This document shows, in pieces, positions 17,598-27,225 of a stretch of 64,000 nt of DNA. Position numbers and translations under genes: made by a program. The stretch's first letter is position 1. Every line of letters starts with the position of its first letter. The notes under the pieces were generated by a model. It was not told the origin of the DNA. It did no database searches and saw only the letters and a list, made by a program, of their open reading frames with translations. The stretch is taken from positions 19,681 through 83,680 of the forward strand of contig CAYTED010000006.1 in the NCBI GenBank assembly GCA_964436855.1. The letters are read 5' to 3'. The DNA is from an uncultured Bdellovibrionales bacterium (lineage in GTDB: Bacteria; Patescibacteriota; Minisyncoccia; Moranbacterales; UBA1568).

Positions 17598-19727
17598 ATG
17601 ACGCTTCAGAAAAAAATTTTCGTCATCGTTTTTCCTCTCCTTATCCTCCTGTTCGGACTTGTTTACTGGTATCTCTCGAAGGACCTTTTGGGAAAGATTG
17701 GCAATGCCCAAAAAATTGAAGCCGCAGAGCAAGCATCGCTCGTGCGAAATTTGTTTGAAAATGAGGTTGATAACCTTTTACGAAAAGCAGCTGATTGGTC
17801 GCAGTGGGATGATACTTATGAATTTGTGGAAACCCGCGATCCAGACTATATTGAATCCAATTTGATCGACGAGTCTTTTGTTGCCATTGGTGTCAATGTT
17901 GTTGTCATTCAAAATCATTCCGGAGAGGTGGTTTTCGGCAAAGAGGTTTCTTCCGGAGTCTCGACAGCGGATGTTTCTCCTTACGAAGAAGCATTTTCTC
18001 GACTTTCACAGGAAGTGCTTGCCACACGTGAAAAACGTTCTGGATTCCTTATTCTTCGCAGTAAGGTGTTTTTGGTAACAGCGCAACCCATTCTTCGAAG
18101 TGACGGAAGTGGGGATCCTCGCGGAGTTTTTTTCTTCGGTCAATACTTTGATCGAGAGCTCGAATCGAAGATTGAAAGAGTGAGTGGATCTCATGTTAAT
18201 TTTATTGTGACACCGGACCCATTTTCTCTTGACGGTATTGAGGCAGATCGGGTGGAGAGACTTCTTCGAGGTGAGCAATTGGAACTTGCCTTTCTGTTCG
18301 GAAAGGAAAAAGTTGTAGGGTATGACACCTTGGAGGATATTTTTTCCGAGAAGCGTATGGTGATTCGGACACAGGACATTCCAACGATTTATTTGAATGG
18401 CCATCAAGATGTTTCCTTGTTTGGGTCGTTGATGCTTTTTTTCGGAATAGTCTTTTTTATCATCCTTTTTTTAACGCTTGAGTTTTTTGTTCTCCATCGG
18501 CTGCAGTTGCTTCAGCGAGAGCTTGATACGGTAGGAAGTCCGGATGCGAAAATTTCTCTTTCCGGTAAGGATGAATTTGCGCACATTGCCGATTTGATCA
18601 ATCAAATGCTCAAACGTATTCACTCTACTACGGCAATGGTGTCTTCAGAAAAAGCTCGTGCTGAAGGTATCCTCAAGTATCTTCAATCGATTGGAGAAGC
18701 GGTGTTTGCGACGGATAAAAGCGGGAATATTGTTTTCTGTAACACGAAGGCGATTCAGCTCTCTGGCTTGGATGAAAAAAGCGTTTTGCTTCAAATGGGT
18801 GATTCCACATTCCGTTTTTTTCACGGAACAGGAGAACAGAAAGAAAATCTCTTGCCGGTTTCTTCGGTGCTTGATCGGCATGAGTCCGGAGTTTTTCCAC
18901 AGAAAACATTTTTCGAGCAGTCCAATGGTGCTCTGCTCCCGATCTCGGGGACATACTCGCCTATCCTTGAGCAGGAGTATGTTGTTGGAGTGGTTGTGGT
19001 GTTTCAGGATATGACGGAACGATATGAGCTTGAGAAAGCGAAAGATAACTTTATTTTAGTGGCAGCGCATCAACTCCGGACGCCACTTGGAAGTATGCGG
19101 TGGAATATGGAGCTTTTGAAAAATGGAGACTTTGGAAAGGTTTCCAAAAAAGTCCACTCGGCCGTGGAGGACCTCTATCGCAATAGCGGGCGTATGCTTT
19201 TGCTTGTGAACGATCTGCTCGAGGCTTCCTCTATCGATCGCGGAAAGAAAGAAGAGGAGCCAAGCGATATTGATTTGAAGAAGATCATTACAGATATCGC
19301 AAAGACACTGGAGGGCGAAGCGGAAAAAAAGAACGTTCATATCAAGATGCATATCTCGGATCGTTCCGTTCCAATGTTACACGCCTCGGAAAAGCATATT
19401 TTCGAATCGATCGAGAATTTGGTTTCGAATGCGATTCGGTATAATCGGGCAAATGGTTCGGTTGATATTTTCCTTGATGCCGATGATCAAAAAATAACTC
19501 TGAAGATTCACGATACCGGGATTGGTATTCCGGAAAAGGACCGGGAAAAACTCTTTAAAAAATTCTATCGGGCTTCAAATGCGGCTGTTTCGGATGTCGA
19601 CGGCACCGGACTTGGACTGTATATTTCAAAATCGTATATCGAAGCAGTTGGCGGAACAATTTCTTTTGAAAGTACGGAAAATGTTGGTACCACTTTTGTT
19701 ATCGAGTTTCCAGTTCACAGGCCTTGA
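17598..19727 (+). CDS. CHASE4-HAMP-PAS sensor histidine kinase
   Basis: DWSQWDDTY (CHASE4), two TM, HQLRTPL, NAIRY, DTGIG, GTGLGL. Confidence 0.92.
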   Translation: MTLQKKIFVIVFPLLILLFGLVYWYLSKDLLGKIGNAQKIEAAEQASLVRNLFENEVDNLLRKAADWSQWDDTYEFVETRDPDYIESNLIDESFVAIGVNVVVIQNHSGEVVFGKEVSSGVSTADVSPYEEAFSRLSQEVLATREKRSGFLILRSKVFLVTAQPILRSDGSGDPRGVFFFGQYFDRELESKIERVSGSHVNFIVTPDPFSLDGIEADRVERLLRGEQLELAFLFGKEKVVGYDTLEDIFSEKRMVIRTQDIPTIYLNGHQDVSLFGSLMLFFGIVFFIILFLTLEFFVLHRLQLLQRELDTVGSPDAKISLSGKDEFAHIADLINQMLKRIHSTTAMVSSEKARAEGILKYLQSIGEAVFATDKSGNIVFCNTKAIQLSGLDEKSVLLQMGDSTFRFFHGTGEQKENLLPVSSVLDRHESGVFPQKTFFEQSNGALLPISGTYSPILEQEYVVGVVVVFQDMTERYELEKAKDNFILVAAHQLRTPLGSMRWNMELLKNGDFGKVSKKVHSAVEDLYRNSGRMLLLVNDLLEASSIDRGKKEEEPSDIDLKKIITDIAKTLEGEAEKKNVHIKMHISDRSVPMLHASEKHIFESIENLVSNAIRYNRANGSVDIFLDADDQKITLKIHDTGIGIPEKDREKLFKKFYRASNAAVSDVDGTGLGLYISKSYIEAVGGTISFESTENVGTTFVIEFPVHRP

Positions 19728-19794
19728 GAGAAGTGTATACTGGAGAGAGGAAGGGATGCGTCGGATAGAGAATTTTTTAAAGGAAGAAAAAAGT

Positions 19795-20349
19795 ATGAAT
19801 GAAACAACGATTGTTCCGGGGAAAAAGCCGGTGATTGTACAGTGGCTCTTGGTTGCCGGCCTTGCGATTGTGACGAATTTGTTTGTGCTGCAGATTGAGC
19901 GTGTCGTCTTTGATGAGCCGCAGTATGAGGCGTTCTGTCCGGTTCCGCAGGTGTCGAGAGTGGTTGAAACCGAGGCCGAGTGTCTTTCGTCAGGTGGGCG
20001 GTGGAATGAAAACATCCCTCAAAAAAATATCGAACCGGTCGTTTCGGGATATTGTGAAGAGAATTTTACCTGCAACAAACAATTCGAAGAAGCACACAAG
20101 GTGTATGAGCGCGATTCGTTTGTCGTGTCGGTGATTGCGGGTGTTGTTATTCTTGCGTTTGCAGCGTTTCTTCCGGCACTTGCCGGCGTCGTCGGGAATG
20201 GACTTTCGTTTGGAGCGATCCTTCTTCTTATTGTCAGTTCGACCACGTATTGGACCTATATGGAAGAGTGGCTCCGACTGATTGTGCTTGCGGTTGCCTT
20301 TGTATCTCTTATCGGTATTGCGGTGAAAAAATTCGGCGATCGAAATTGA
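19795..20349 (+). CDS. Membrane protein with a Cys-containing extracytoplasmic loop
   Basis: 4 TM, CLSSGGRW motif. Confidence 0.7.
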   Translation: MNETTIVPGKKPVIVQWLLVAGLAIVTNLFVLQIERVVFDEPQYEAFCPVPQVSRVVETEAECLSSGGRWNENIPQKNIEPVVSGYCEENFTCNKQFEEAHKVYERDSFVVSVIAGVVILAFAAFLPALAGVVGNGLSFGAILLLIVSSTTYWTYMEEWLRLIVLAVAFVSLIGIAVKKFGDRN

Positions 20350-20366
20350 GGTATACTGTTTTTGTT

Positions 20367-20990
20367 ATGAACAAAGAAATGAACCATGTAGAAGAGCCTG
20401 AGGTTTTGGAGGAGACGCCTTCTCAAACAGCAAATGGAAGATCATCTTCGAAAGAGGCGATGCTTGGAATGTTTCTTTTTATTTCGCTCATTCTTTTTTT
20501 TCTTGTGATTGTTTCGTATGTTGGGTTTGCGCTCTATGGAGGAGTGCATGATCGAATGAGTACGGAGGAGGGAGAGTCGATCGCCTTGCTTCCAAAGGCC
20601 GAGATGAAACAATCGGAATCAATCGAAATGGCGAAGCCTATGGAAGAGTCGAAGGAACCATTAGCGCAAGAGTCGCGAACACAAATGACAACACCCGAAC
20701 CGAACACAAAAATCGCAATTAAAGTGCTCAATGGCGGTGCGGCGAAGGGGAGTGCTTCAGTGTATGCGGATATTCTGAAAGGAGCGGGGTATACATCAGT
20801 AACGGCGGGAAATTCTGCCGGGGATTATACCGGCGTGTCGGTGTATTATGCGCAGGCAGGCACGCAAGCGAATGCCGAAGCGGTGAAAGCGGCACTCTCG
20901 AAAAAGGCGCCGAATGCCGAAGTGAGGATCGGTGTCGCGAACAGTGCCGATACCGGATCGTCCGCGATTACGGTGATCGTGGGGAAATAA
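20367..20990 (+). CDS. LytR C-terminal domain protein
   Basis: TM followed by IKVLNGG...GNS...ITVIVGK. Confidence 0.85.
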   Translation: MNKEMNHVEEPEVLEETPSQTANGRSSSKEAMLGMFLFISLILFFLVIVSYVGFALYGGVHDRMSTEEGESIALLPKAEMKQSESIEMAKPMEESKEPLAQESRTQMTTPEPNTKIAIKVLNGGAAKGSASVYADILKGAGYTSVTAGNSAGDYTGVSVYYAQAGTQANAEAVKAALSKKAPNAEVRIGVANSADTGSSAITVIVGK

Positions 20991-21061
20991 TGCCCCGCAT
21001 GTACTTGTTGTCATGCCGGATTTGAACCGGTATCTTTTTTTATCTTATCAGCCTCTCTCTA

Positions 21062-21997
21062 CTATCTTTCTCCTCTCTTCCTTTTTGCGGCGTGGAATTT
21101 TTTGTGGGTTTCTTTCAGGTATTCGTTCGAAACATGGGTGTAGATCTGGGTCGTGGTGATAGAGCTGTGGCCGAGCATGGTTTGAACACTTCGAATATCG
21201 GCGCCGTTTTGGAGAAGGTCGGTCGCGAAACTGTGGCGGAGGGTGTGCGGGTGGACATCCTTCACAATACCGGCTTTCGCGGCAGAGTGCTTTACGATAC
21301 GCTGGACGCTCCGTGCAGTGAGGCGGATGGATTTTTTGTCGATTTTTTCCGGGTGTTTTGGAAAGGAAACAAAGAGCGCCGAATCGAGGTCGTCGCGTTT
21401 TTTGAGGTACGATTCGAGTGCGTTTTTCGCCGATGGAGAGAGAAAAACGATACGAAGTTTACTCCCTTTGCCGCGGACGCTGAACTCTTCTTTTTTCAGA
21501 TTGATGTGGTCGCGATTGAGGTTTACGAGCTCGGAAACGCGAAGGCCGGCAGAGAAGAGGAGTTCGAGGATTGCGCGGTCACGGAGGGATTTTCGGTCGG
21601 AGCCGTTTGCTGACTCGATGAGGCGGAGCACTTCGTCGTATTCTAGAAAATCGACTTGTCGCATCGGCACCTTTCCAATTTCAATTTTTTCCGCCGGGAC
21701 GGCCGCAATGTCTTCTTTGGCAAGGAACTTAAGAAAGGATCGGAGAACGACGATGTGGAAGGTTTGGCTGACCTTTTTCATCGGTTCGCCTCGACCGGTT
21801 TCGAGACGGTTCAGGTATATCCGGTATTCGCGGATTTTTTCGAGAGTGATGCTTTCCGGGTCGATAATACGTCCCCAGTTGGTGAATTTTACGAGCGATC
21901 GCTCGTAGTTTGCAAGGGTCCGGGGCGCTCGATTGAGTTCGATTTCCAGGTGCTCGAGGAATTTTTGAATGAGGGATTGTATTTTTGTCGTTGGCAT
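21062..21997 (-). CDS. xerC: Tyrosine recombinase XerC/XerD family
   Basis: RDRAILELL, GLRVSEL, HPHTLRHSFAT, LGHSSITTTQIY. Confidence 0.85.
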   Translation of the reverse strand: MPTTKIQSLIQKFLEHLEIELNRAPRTLANYERSLVKFTNWGRIIDPESITLEKIREYRIYLNRLETGRGEPMKKVSQTFHIVVLRSFLKFLAKEDIAAVPAEKIEIGKVPMRQVDFLEYDEVLRLIESANGSDRKSLRDRAILELLFSAGLRVSELVNLNRDHINLKKEEFSVRGKGSKLRIVFLSPSAKNALESYLKKRDDLDSALFVSFPKHPEKIDKKSIRLTARSVQRIVKHSAAKAGIVKDVHPHTLRHSFATDLLQNGADIRSVQTMLGHSSITTTQIYTHVSNEYLKETHKKFHAAKRKRGER

Positions 21998-22184
21998 AGG
22001 GATATTATAAGGAGATTGTGGAAATTATGATAGAAGATACTCGATAAAGGATATCAGATAATGGATGATAGAGAGCTCGTAATGAGAAGTTGATGGTTTT
22101 TGACGGCTCGATTTTTCTATTATCCACTATCCAATATCTACTCTCAAATTTTCCCTTATTTAAGGGAAAATTTACACTTTTCGA

Positions 22185-22213
22185 TTGACAGAAACCGCCC
22201 AGGTCGGTACAAT
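22185..22213 (+). promoter_or_regulatory. Sigma70-type promoter
   Basis: TTGACA-17 bp-TACAAT upstream of the LysM/CHAP gene. Confidence 0.7.
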
Positions 22214-22255
22214 GGCCTTTGTAAAAATTAGGGCAAAAGCCGATGGTCCGATTTC

Positions 22256-23551
22256 TTGCCATTTGGGCAAACCGGTTCTACCGCTTGCGCTTATCGAAAG
22301 GACATTCCTATTATTCAGCGACTTTTCAAAGGTTTGCTTGAACGAAAGGAAGATCTTGTTCAAAGCTTCCGGGATTTTCATACCCGGTTGCATCATTATC
22401 AGACTTCATTCTCGCGTTTCGTGAAAGAAGGAAAGACGGGGCGGTGGCTCCTTCGGACTTTTCGAACATCGTCGGCGTTTTCGGTGGTGTTCTCGAGCGC
22501 GCTTCTTGTTTCCGTAACCAATTTTTCCCAAGGGAGGGAAAATGACGGAACACTCCTCGGCTACTTCAGCGGTTCCGGTGAAACTGTGGCATCTTCGACC
22601 GGAAAGCGTCTTGCGGCGCAGCTTCCGCGTACTGACAATCTCTCGCTTGTACCCCTCGCGAGCGCGTCATCGAGCTTTGACGCGTCGGATAAAGATAGTG
22701 TCAGTACGATTTTCGATATTACCGGGAATACGAAGCTTTCGCTCGAGAGCCAGCTTGTCCTTTCGGATTATCAGGGCAGTCCGAATATCGCCCGCGATCC
22801 GGAAGAAGACGATGGAGTGAAAATCTACACCGTCGAATCGGGTGATACCATTTCCGGTATTGCGGCAAAGTTTGATATTACCGTAAACACCGTGCTTTGG
22901 GCGAACGATATTGAAAATATCGACTCGATCAAGCCGGGTGATCAGATCTTCATTCTTCCGATCGCCGGTCTTACACATATCGTGAAGGAAGGCGAGACGA
23001 TCGACGATATCGCGAAAAAATATCAGGCCGATCGTGAGAAAATTATCGCGTTCAATGACTTGCCGGCCAATGGAGAAATCAAGGCAAATGCGAGTATTGT
23101 TATTCCCGGCGGAGTAAAGGAAGTGCCGGTGGCATCGGGACTTGCATCGGGATTGGGGCGGCGTCAATACGCAACTTCGGCCGGCGGCGCGACAACCGAT
23201 CTCTCGGTTTCCGGTTGGCGAAAATTGGAAGGAAAGGCCGGCACGGGGCACCGGTTCCCGTATGGGTATTGCACGTGGTATGTGGCACAAAGGCGCTATG
23301 TGCCATGGGGAGGTAATGCGGGGACCTGGCTTTATAATGCGAAGGCGCTTGGGTATAAAACCGGCAAAGCTCCAACCGCTGGCTCGATCGTTGTGACGAC
23401 GGAAAACCGCTACTATGGTCACGTGGCCATTGTCGAAAAAGTCGAGAATGGGCAAATCTATGTGAGTGAAATGAATTACCGCGGTTGGGCGAAGACGAGC
23501 AAGCGCTGGCTTTTGACCTCAAGCCGCGTGATCAAGGGGTATATTTATTAG
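22256..23551 (+). CDS. LysM (x2) + CHAP peptidoglycan hydrolase (start uncertain)
   Basis: YTVESGDTISGIA, HIVKEGETIDDIA, GYCTWYV, GNAGTW, GHVAIVE, SEMN. Confidence 0.9.
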   Translation: MPFGQTGSTACAYRKDIPIIQRLFKGLLERKEDLVQSFRDFHTRLHHYQTSFSRFVKEGKTGRWLLRTFRTSSAFSVVFSSALLVSVTNFSQGRENDGTLLGYFSGSGETVASSTGKRLAAQLPRTDNLSLVPLASASSSFDASDKDSVSTIFDITGNTKLSLESQLVLSDYQGSPNIARDPEEDDGVKIYTVESGDTISGIAAKFDITVNTVLWANDIENIDSIKPGDQIFILPIAGLTHIVKEGETIDDIAKKYQADREKIIAFNDLPANGEIKANASIVIPGGVKEVPVASGLASGLGRRQYATSAGGATTDLSVSGWRKLEGKAGTGHRFPYGYCTWYVAQRRYVPWGGNAGTWLYNAKALGYKTGKAPTAGSIVVTTENRYYGHVAIVEKVENGQIYVSEMNYRGWAKTSKRWLLTSSRVIKGYIY

Positions 23552-23623
23552 GAAATTCTGAATGACGGACTCTTAAATTTTGTCATTCCGAGCGAAGTCA
23601 AGGAATCTTATACTTTCTCACAA

Positions 23624-23652
23624 AGGCCGGCGGAGCAATCCGCCGGTTTTTG
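23624..23652 (+). terminator. Rho-independent terminator
   Basis: ggccggcgga-gcaa-tccgccggtt followed by a T-run. Confidence 0.7.
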
Positions 23653-23872
23653 GTTGTTAGGATTTTGGCTTAGGAAGGGCTGACTTGACAAGATCAGGAT
23701 GGAGGATTTGCAGAAAATATGGTTTTGTGGTATAAAGGAAATAGCAATGAGGAAGGAGGGAGTCGCTTGAACAAGCGGTCTTCTCCTCTCGTTCTCTTAC
23801 AACTGAATTCCGCGCTTCGGCGGAGTTACGCCGAAAGGCGGGTAGAGCCCTTGAGTGGGCGAGGAGATGGAA

Positions 23873-24406
23873 ATGAAACGGGTTATCATCGCACTCGCGG
23901 CGATCGCCGCGTTTCTCGGATTCGGCTTTGGTCCCTCTGTGGATTGCGGCAACTGCAAGGTCGCGGGCGTACCAACGATCGCGACGATCGGTTTCGTCGC
24001 TCCGGCGATGGCGGCGCAGCCGGTGCCGAAGGAGCTTAGTGTTCCGAAGTTCTGTGAGAAGGTGGAGTTCACGTGGCTCGTTCAGTATGATATCTCTCCA
24101 ATGAAAAGAGCGGGCATATCCAACGGGAAACAAGTAGTTGACATCGGTTGGGGAGATAGGGTTCCCGGAAGCCAAGATGAACGTGAGGGGTATCTCAAGA
24201 GAAAAACAACAGGAAAGGGTTTCTGGGCCATTGAGGTTGATACCAGTGTTTCTTACTCGGTTATTTCCGTTACGGCACGAACCCTCGATGGAAGAGGCAT
24301 GCCGCTCTGGACTGCGGAATGGACCAAGTGGAAGAAGGAAACAGGTTTCGTGGTTGAATCGGTTTACGGATCGGGCGAGAGAAAAGAGGTGTGCTGGCGC
24401 AAATGA
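23873..24406 (+). CDS. Hypothetical secreted protein
   Basis: GAGGAG RBS before MKRVII..., signal-like N-terminus; terminator-like hairpin at ~24435-24474. Confidence 0.6.
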   Translation: MKRVIIALAAIAAFLGFGFGPSVDCGNCKVAGVPTIATIGFVAPAMAAQPVPKELSVPKFCEKVEFTWLVQYDISPMKRAGISNGKQVVDIGWGDRVPGSQDEREGYLKRKTTGKGFWAIEVDTSVSYSVISVTARTLDGRGMPLWTAEWTKWKKETGFVVESVYGSGERKEVCWRK

Positions 24407-24491
24407 TGCGCAAGCAGGTGTGTCATTTCGGGATGGCGAGGAAGCATAGAGTCTTTCCTCGCCGATTTTTTTTCCCTATAATAGAGAAAGA

Positions 24492-26546
24492 ATGTCTTCG
24501 CAAAAGAAAAAGATATTTTTTTCTTCATTTTTGGCGCTTCTCATAGCGTTCAGCTTTTTCTTTTTTTCAGAAAAATCTTTTGCGCAAGAAAAGATTAGCA
24601 AAGAAGTACGGGGTGCAGCTGCAACTGAGGCAGCAAAAAATCAGACAAATGCATCCACACCATCAGGAAAGTCGAATCCGGCGCCATCCGGCGGAAGGGA
24701 AATTGGTGGGGACGGCTGTTCCTTAGTAAATCTTCCCTGTATAGCTTTCCAGGTGATTTTATATGGTTTGTTGAAGTTCTGTGTCTTGCTCGCGAGTCTT
24801 GCCGGCTATCTTTTCTCGCTCGTGATCGACGTCCCGCTCTTTAAGTCTCTTATGACCAATCCGGTCGTTTACGAGATCTGGAAGCTCGTCAGGGATTTCT
24901 TTAATATTTTCTTTATCCTCGTTCTTCTTCTTGCGGCATTTGCGACGATTTTTCAGGTGGACAAATACAGCGTGAAGGGTGGAGCGCTCAAAAAAATCGT
25001 CCTTGCGGCGCTCTTTATCAATTTCAGTTATCCGATCGCGCTTGCGATTATCGACTTCGGGAATGTAATGCTCTATTCATTGGTGAATGACGTGTTTGGT
25101 GTGAAGGACGCTTCTGGAGATGTTCTTGGTGTGTCCGGAATTGCGGATATCTTTTTCCCAAAGGGCTTCGATCGATCGGTTGGTTTTGGTACCTATTTTC
25201 TGTCTATTGTGTGTATGTTCCTTTTTGCGACTTCATTTCTCACGCTTTCGGTACTCATGCTTGTGCGGCTGGTGATGCTTCCTATTCTTGTAATGTTCTC
25301 GCCAGTCGGGTTTGCGGCATCGGCATTTCCCGGGATGGGAAAATTTTCGAGCGACTGGTGGAATATGCTTATTAAGTACACGTTCTATGGGCCGATTGCG
25401 ATGTTTATGATTCTTATCGCGCTCAAGTTTCTTCAAACATTTGAAGGATTAAAAAAATCCGGTGTTGGTGTGGGTGGCGCCTTCTATACGAGTAGCACGG
25501 GATTTTTGAGTACGCTTGTATACTTCACTATCCCCATTATTTTTATGTGGATTGCGATTACGACGGCGGAGAAATTAAGTTCGCAAACAGCTGGTTTCGC
25601 GGGAGATTGGGGGAAAAAAGCAAGACAGAAATTGCAGGCATGGGGGAAGAAGGGCGGGATGGGGGCTTTGGGTTGGACTGGTCGAACTATTGGTGTTACG
25701 GGAACATATGAGAATGCGAAAGCCGGAATGAAAAATTGGTGGGATAGGGATGGTTTTGTTGCAAAAAGAACCGCTCGATTGCGACAAGGTGGTTTTAATG
25801 CGTATCGTGCCAAGCAGGAGGAGTTGAAAAAATATGATGATGAGGTAAATAAGCAGAGATCAGAGGATCTTGGCAAACCTGGGAAAAATGCGGCTCGCGA
25901 TGAGATGGATAAAAAAGATAAAGAACTTATCGCCAAGGGCGGTGAAGTTGGCAAGGTTGCGCAGAAACGATACAACGATCGGAAACGAACGGCAAATAAC
26001 GAGGATATCAAGAAGAAAAAGGAAGAGCTGGAAAATTCCGGAATGTCCAATGATGCAGGCGCGCTTTTGACGAGAATGAATGAGATTGACGCAAAAGGCG
26101 TCACAGCGACCAAGGAAGAACAAATAGAGCGTGCCGCACTTGCCTCACACCTTATAAAAGCGAAGGCAGGAATGTCCAGAGATGCGCAAGAGGAGTTTTT
26201 GGAAAAGCACTCAAGTGTTAATGCCATGGTGAATAAGGAATACAAAGATATTTTTGGCGATCGTCCGGACCCGAGTCTTCCGGGTGGTACGGAGAAAGCG
26301 AAAGAATATGATAGAAAAAAGCAGGAGTATGAAGATTTGCGCAATAAAGCAAAGGCCGCTCGGGCGAGGCTACAGAGTCCAAATCCAATGAGTGTCTATA
26401 CCGGGAGTAAGGAAGATCGGGATAAGAAGATGAAATCTGATCGGGTTGCGATCGAACAATTCCTTTCTTATAAAACAAAGACTGGTATTCAAGGGGGAAG
26501 TGATTTTGACACCGATACCACTAATTTCAGTTCTTCTACGCCATAA
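24492..26546 (+). CDS. VirB6/TrbL-like polytopic membrane protein with a charged C-terminal tail
   Basis: WKLVRDFFNIFFI, INFS, LVMFSPVGF...WW motifs typical of CPR VirB6-like proteins; upstream of prgI/virB4. Confidence 0.7.
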   Translation: MSSQKKKIFFSSFLALLIAFSFFFFSEKSFAQEKISKEVRGAAATEAAKNQTNASTPSGKSNPAPSGGREIGGDGCSLVNLPCIAFQVILYGLLKFCVLLASLAGYLFSLVIDVPLFKSLMTNPVVYEIWKLVRDFFNIFFILVLLLAAFATIFQVDKYSVKGGALKKIVLAALFINFSYPIALAIIDFGNVMLYSLVNDVFGVKDASGDVLGVSGIADIFFPKGFDRSVGFGTYFLSIVCMFLFATSFLTLSVLMLVRLVMLPILVMFSPVGFAASAFPGMGKFSSDWWNMLIKYTFYGPIAMFMILIALKFLQTFEGLKKSGVGVGGAFYTSSTGFLSTLVYFTIPIIFMWIAITTAEKLSSQTAGFAGDWGKKARQKLQAWGKKGGMGALGWTGRTIGVTGTYENAKAGMKNWWDRDGFVAKRTARLRQGGFNAYRAKQEELKKYDDEVNKQRSEDLGKPGKNAARDEMDKKDKELIAKGGEVGKVAQKRYNDRKRTANNEDIKKKKEELENSGMSNDAGALLTRMNEIDAKGVTATKEEQIERAALASHLIKAKAGMSRDAQEEFLEKHSSVNAMVNKEYKDIFGDRPDPSLPGGTEKAKEYDRKKQEYEDLRNKAKAARARLQSPNPMSVYTGSKEDRDKKMKSDRVAIEQFLSYKTKTGIQGGSDFDTDTTNFSSSTP

Positions 26547-26555
26547 AAAAAGTTT

Positions 26556-26954
26556 ATGAGGCTTTTAATTACAGAGGAAACAGCTGTTTTTGAACGATAT
26601 GTTACTCCGCATCTGAAAAATTTAGGGGACAGCCTTGGTGTACGAAAAACGGCGTACGAGGTTTTCGTACGAAAACCGGAGGATATTCTTTTGATAAGTG
26701 GAACCGAGCTTGCGTTCGGGGCGACGGTCGCGGGGCTGACAGAGGCGATGGCGGAAGTTTTGCTTCGGCATGGGACACGGTCGCAGAAAGAAGGTCTAGC
26801 GGATTTTCTTTCGGATGAGGAAGCGTTGAATGAAGCGATGAAAGTGGCGGAAGATATGGATGATGATGAGGAAGCGCGCGGATCAACCAAACATCGGGAG
26901 CGTGTGGCGCGAGTGATACGGTATTTGAGGGATAATGAAATGGTGATCCATTGA
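26556..26954 (+). CDS. Hypothetical protein (3' end overlaps a MITE-like element)
   Basis: 132-aa ORF co-oriented in the operon; stop codon lies within the left TIR. Confidence 0.55.
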   Translation: MRLLITEETAVFERYVTPHLKNLGDSLGVRKTAYEVFVRKPEDILLISGTELAFGATVAGLTEAMAEVLLRHGTRSQKEGLADFLSDEEALNEAMKVAEDMDDDEEARGSTKHRERVARVIRYLRDNEMVIH

Positions 26955-27078
26955 GTCCCAACACTTCAGTGCCGTTCGGCCTCCAACGAGGCCTCACTGA
27001 AGTTGAATCCGAAACTTTTTCAGAAAAAAGACCGTGCTTTCGGATTCAAATTCGCCCCAAAGTGTTGGAACTCAATGG
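26948..27078. mobile_element. MITE-like element with 19-bp terminal inverted repeats
   Basis: ccattgagtcccaacactt / aagtgttggaactcaatgg (1 mismatch), two internal hairpins. Confidence 0.6.
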
Positions 27079-27105
27079 TATAGAGAGTAAGGGGTAAGGG
27101 AAAAC

Positions 27106-27180
27106 AAACCCCTCCTCAATCCTCCCCTTGGAAAGGGGAGGAGGGAAGGCTAGATCCCGGATCAGTGTCCGGGATGACAA
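27106..27180. repeat. REP-like cluster
   Basis: aacccctcctcaatcctcccctt..aaggggagg also at ~30107, ~48889 and ~53121; adjacent atcccgga..tccgggatgaca hairpin. Confidence 0.7.
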
Positions 27181-27225
27181 TGGAGAGTGAGTCGGGATGA
27201 TAGGAATACACAAAGAAAAAAAGCA

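Noticed and set aside
21062-21997. Tyrosine recombinase as the island integrase
   Set aside because: Looks like housekeeping Xer among core genes, 5.5 kb outside the island, with no att repeats seen
22214-22280. Possible cyclic-dinucleotide riboswitch before LysM-CHAP (GGGCAAA motifs)
   Set aside because: Could not build the consensus stems by eye; needs an Infernal search
23755-23860. Hairpin-rich leader with TTCG/GAAA loops
   Set aside because: No recognisable RNA family and only one copy; insufficient support
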